A stretch of 63,931 nt of DNA, filler included, from Hausera hauseri (Eukaryota), in the NCBI GenBank assembly GCA_046269625.1. It is 12 parts of 12 records of this genome, joined end to end, with 100 filler letters (N's around TTAATTAATTAA, not from the genome) between each part and the next. Parts side by side here need not be neighbours in the genome. Positions count along the whole stretch, not along the records: positions 59,849 to 63,931 come from JBJURY010771982.1; 11 more parts are not named here. One strand, given 5' to 3'. Position 1 is the stretch's first letter. Every line of letters begins with the position of its first letter. The translations under genes were made by a program, and so were the position numbers. The notes under the pieces were generated by a model that did not search any database, was not told where the DNA came from, and saw only the letters and a list, made by a program, of their open reading frames with translations. Positions 60,528 through 63,931 of the stretch are shown here, piece after piece.

Positions 60528-63500
60528 TACAATGCCACATGTCCGTGAGGTAATATATGGATTCCATCACTCAGGATCTGCCTCTTGTCATCCATTCAAT
60601 CTAGGATTTTCTTCTGTAATGTTACTGTCTCAATGTTTTGATCCATAGACTGGATCCTTCGCATCGCTGATATGATGTGAGTCTGTTCATGCAGAACTCT
60701 CACATAATCCGCAAAAGTGATCTTCTTGGCTAAGGTAGCCCTTTGAACTCTTTTGGCTCGCTTCTTTACCTGACCACTTACATCGATGGCGTACAGTTTT
60801 GATCTCAACGCCACGAAACGGATGATGATCTTCCCATTCACCTCGTCTTTAAATTTCCCAAGGACCTTTTTGTTGGTAATTGAATAGTTGAGATGATCCT
60901 TCGAATAGTCAAACGTATCCATATGCTGTGCCAACTTAGCAAAGTCCTCATAAATGTCCTCAGTATGGATCTGATAGATGAAACTATCAATATCCATATA
61001 CACAAGCTGCATGAACTTGAATGTGGGGAACATGATGTCATAGTGGAATTTGTACATCAGGGTCTTTAACAGGTCCAGTATTGCCATACCCACATATATG
61101 GGCTTGTTGAATTGCAAAGATGTTTTCAGCATATGGATGCTGACCAAGTTCTCCGCATATATGGTGTTGCTGTGGAAATTGGGCTTGGCAATGAGCTTCT
61201 TTGCTCGCTTCCACTCAGAGACCAGTTCGATGTTGATTCTGTTGCGGATATTCTCCATGATCTTGCCAAAAACGCTGTTAATGTACAGCTTGAATTGATC
61301 CATCTCAAAGTCGTTTTTGGCATTGATACGCAGCTTAGTATTGAGATCTATGTATGGCTGCAGCCACATGGACTGGTTAAACTGCAGGGCTCTATGGACC
61401 TTAGTAATGCGGAGTCCATTCCTGACTGCCTGATGGAGATTTATGTAGTGGACTACATACCTCTCCCTACTATCCAGATGGCAGAGCAGCTTTCTATGTT
61501 TTCCATGAGGCGTAGACTTGCTCTCAGGGACGAAAGGCAGCTGTTGATGCCTTGTGTAAATAAAAGCCGGATATTCCATATCTACCTCCAGTATGTAGCC
61601 CGTATCTCCACTGGGATCCGGGTCCAGTATAAAAATGTTTTCAGTATGCTCGACCCACTTGAAGTTATCATATAAAAATGGGATGCTCATTGCACATCCA
61701 TACAAGTTGTTGGCATCCAGGTATGATATATATGAGGATTCCTGGGATGGATCATACTAGGCCATACAATTGTTGTTAACTTCACTATACCGTTGTCTGG
61801 TCTGGCATATTCTGCTTCTAATGCGTCTCTCAATCATGAGGATCATGTCGTAATCCTTTATGATCTGCAGCCTGATACCTGTATAGCGCAGCATAGCTGC
61901 CAAACTCGTCCCTGGAGTCGAAAAGAAATGAGCTGGATCCAATGTGTGGCTCTTTATCGTAACATCCCTGAAACTCTCAAAGACATCCGTCAACAGCAGC
62001 ACGTTTGTCTTGGGGTACATTTCGCTGTATTCTCTTAATGTTCGGCATTGGAATGCATGCCAGACGTTCTGAGCATGCTGGTGGTCCTCATCATTAATAT
62101 CGCAATCACAGAGAAATTGTAAAAGTCCTTGGCCGTCAATGAGGTCTCATCCAGTGTTTCCCATGAAGCTGTATAGTTATAGGGAAACACGCCTTTCCTC
62201 TTGACGAGGTCAAATACAGTGGGAAAAAACCGCTTCGTATCCTTGAGTTCTTCTGCAGGGAGTGTCTTCATTAAACTGTCAAGTGGAGACGACATGAAAC
62301 GGAAACTGTCTATAAAGCGAAGCCTGATTTTCCCAACATGCTTGGTAAATGTGATTTATTATTCCTTACTATTAGGGATCATATCAATGTTTCCTTCAAT
62401 GTTTCCCAGTTCCCAAACAATGAAGTTGGAATCATAGCCACTGAGATTATGGAACACCACAGCACATATATACATGTTTTGCAGAGTAGATTGCAGTTGT
62501 TGCATGCCGCACCCCGATATTTGCCTGTAAAATGACAATGATCCCTGACTTTATGATTCTCCTTAGTGAATGATTTGGGGAACAAGTAACATGCTGTTGC
62601 CTTGCGCCAGTTTTCTTCTTGCTGCTTCGACATGCTCATTGTATCCTTATGCTGCTGCTGCATATCGCCAATCCTATGAGCCATATCTTCAAGTCGTTTC
62701 ATGAAATGTGTTGCTGCGCCTGGACCCCTGAATAGATATGGTTCACTGTCCAGTCTTTTGGCATACATGCAATATGATGAGAGCTCATGATATTGGTATG
62801 CCGTTGTGCAGCTATGTTGAGGACTAGGAGTGCAGCTGTGAGTCGGCCGGAGAATAGCTTCAAAGTCACAATAGACGACAATTGGGACCTTGATCATTTT
62901 CTCGAACTCCTTGAATTCAATATAGTCCTCCTCGGGAAATTCTGGCCTGATACAATAATTGTTTTTGCATTACATCTTGTGCTCTTCAAGCTTGTCCACT
63001 GCAGTGTCACCGCGAAAATGGGACAAGCATTGTTTACATATTTCGATTCTTTCCTTATGTTTCGTAATTTGGGATCTGACTGGACGTTCAAAGTTCTTTA
63101 TACAGATGAAATGCCTCTTTTCACCGTCATCTAGTAGGAGCAGATCCCTATGATCTTCCAATTAAGAGTTACATATCTGCAGGGGATAGAATTTGTCTTC
63201 ATCATCCAATCCAAAGATGTTAATGGACATGTTGTTGATTCGCCCCAATTTTTTGACTTCATCTATGGATGGCGGGAATGTGATACATTGGAAGTCATAG
63301 TTGTGCTGCAAATCATTATATAGCCAAACTCGATCAGCTGCATGCTTTTGACCCCGTAGGAGTTTACATAAAATGGCATACATGAAACACTTGTTGTCAT
63401 TATTAAGGACATTGATACATGCTTTTTATTAGCGATTTAATCAGGGAGCAGAATATAGGAACTACCCCGCATGGGAGAGTACTTGTGAACATACACAAGC

Positions 63501-63931
63501 AATCTCTTGATGGTTGACAGAATCCATCCACTCTTCTTATCCTGGCTGTCATCGGCTTCATGGATCAGTTTAGCATGCTATTCATGCAGCCATTCTACTA
63601 TATTGGTGGTTTCAAAAATGGATATATTTTTGGTCCTGAAGGCCCTTTTGGACTCTTCGCCATCAACATTGACGTATGACCTCAAGTTTCATATAGACCT
63701 TAAGGGCCTTGAGCTCAACTATGTTGTCCTGGCGAATCCCTATTGTTTCTTCCTCTCTGTACTCCAGGAACTCCTTGATGGCTGTTTGACCAGCTGCATC
63801 AATGACATATTTGCGCACTTTTCTCTTTGATGCAGGAGCATTAACTGACCGCTGTCTTTGGCGTTTTGATGGAGCCGCTACCCCTGATGGGCCTGATGCG
63901 CATTTTAGTCCTGCAACTGGATGTGGTACTG
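60528..63931 (-). pseudogene. Polinton pPolB lineage B, second copy, decayed; retains motif A segment
   Basis: YLDANNLYG, GYILEVD, KLYINSVFGK, YMDIDS, GKFKDE, RDHCHFTGKYRGAACNNCN. Colinear with 42088-44900, including the 3' flank 60320-60530 matching 41880-42090. Confidence 0.95.

Overview
This is not one locus. It is about 12 unrelated AT-rich eukaryotic (probably invertebrate) contigs joined by artificial 100-nt linkers (44 N + TTAATTAATTAA + 44 N). Most contigs are decayed mobile DNA. Polinton/Maverick (adintovirus-like) pieces include a morphogenesis module (integrase C-terminus, two tandem penton genes, core protein, major capsid, adenain protease) and six protein-primed DNA polymerase B fragments from at least two lineages, with accessory RING genes and a protein carrying multiple TQT/xQT (LC8-type) motifs. 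There is also a Gypsy-type gag with three zinc knuckles and a tRNA-Arg PBS, two piggyBac relics (one interrupted by a Buster-type hAT with TIRs and an 8-bp TSD), and a foldback element. Host-like sequence comprises an EGF-repeat gene with 48-49 nt introns, an orphan RBM47/A1CF-like RRM exon and a 2465-aa intronless ORF. The most unusual signal is at 54297-59748. Five separate ORFs there form one decayed reading frame of about 1800 codons: a polyprotein of repeated [internal signal - FN3-like ectodomain - TM - cytosolic tail] units. A similar architecture appears just upstream of the LTR/PBS/gag at 12.7-15.3 kb, suggesting a retroelement- or virus-encoded array of receptor-like membrane proteins. 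All assignments come from manual translation and motif recognition; no database search was run.
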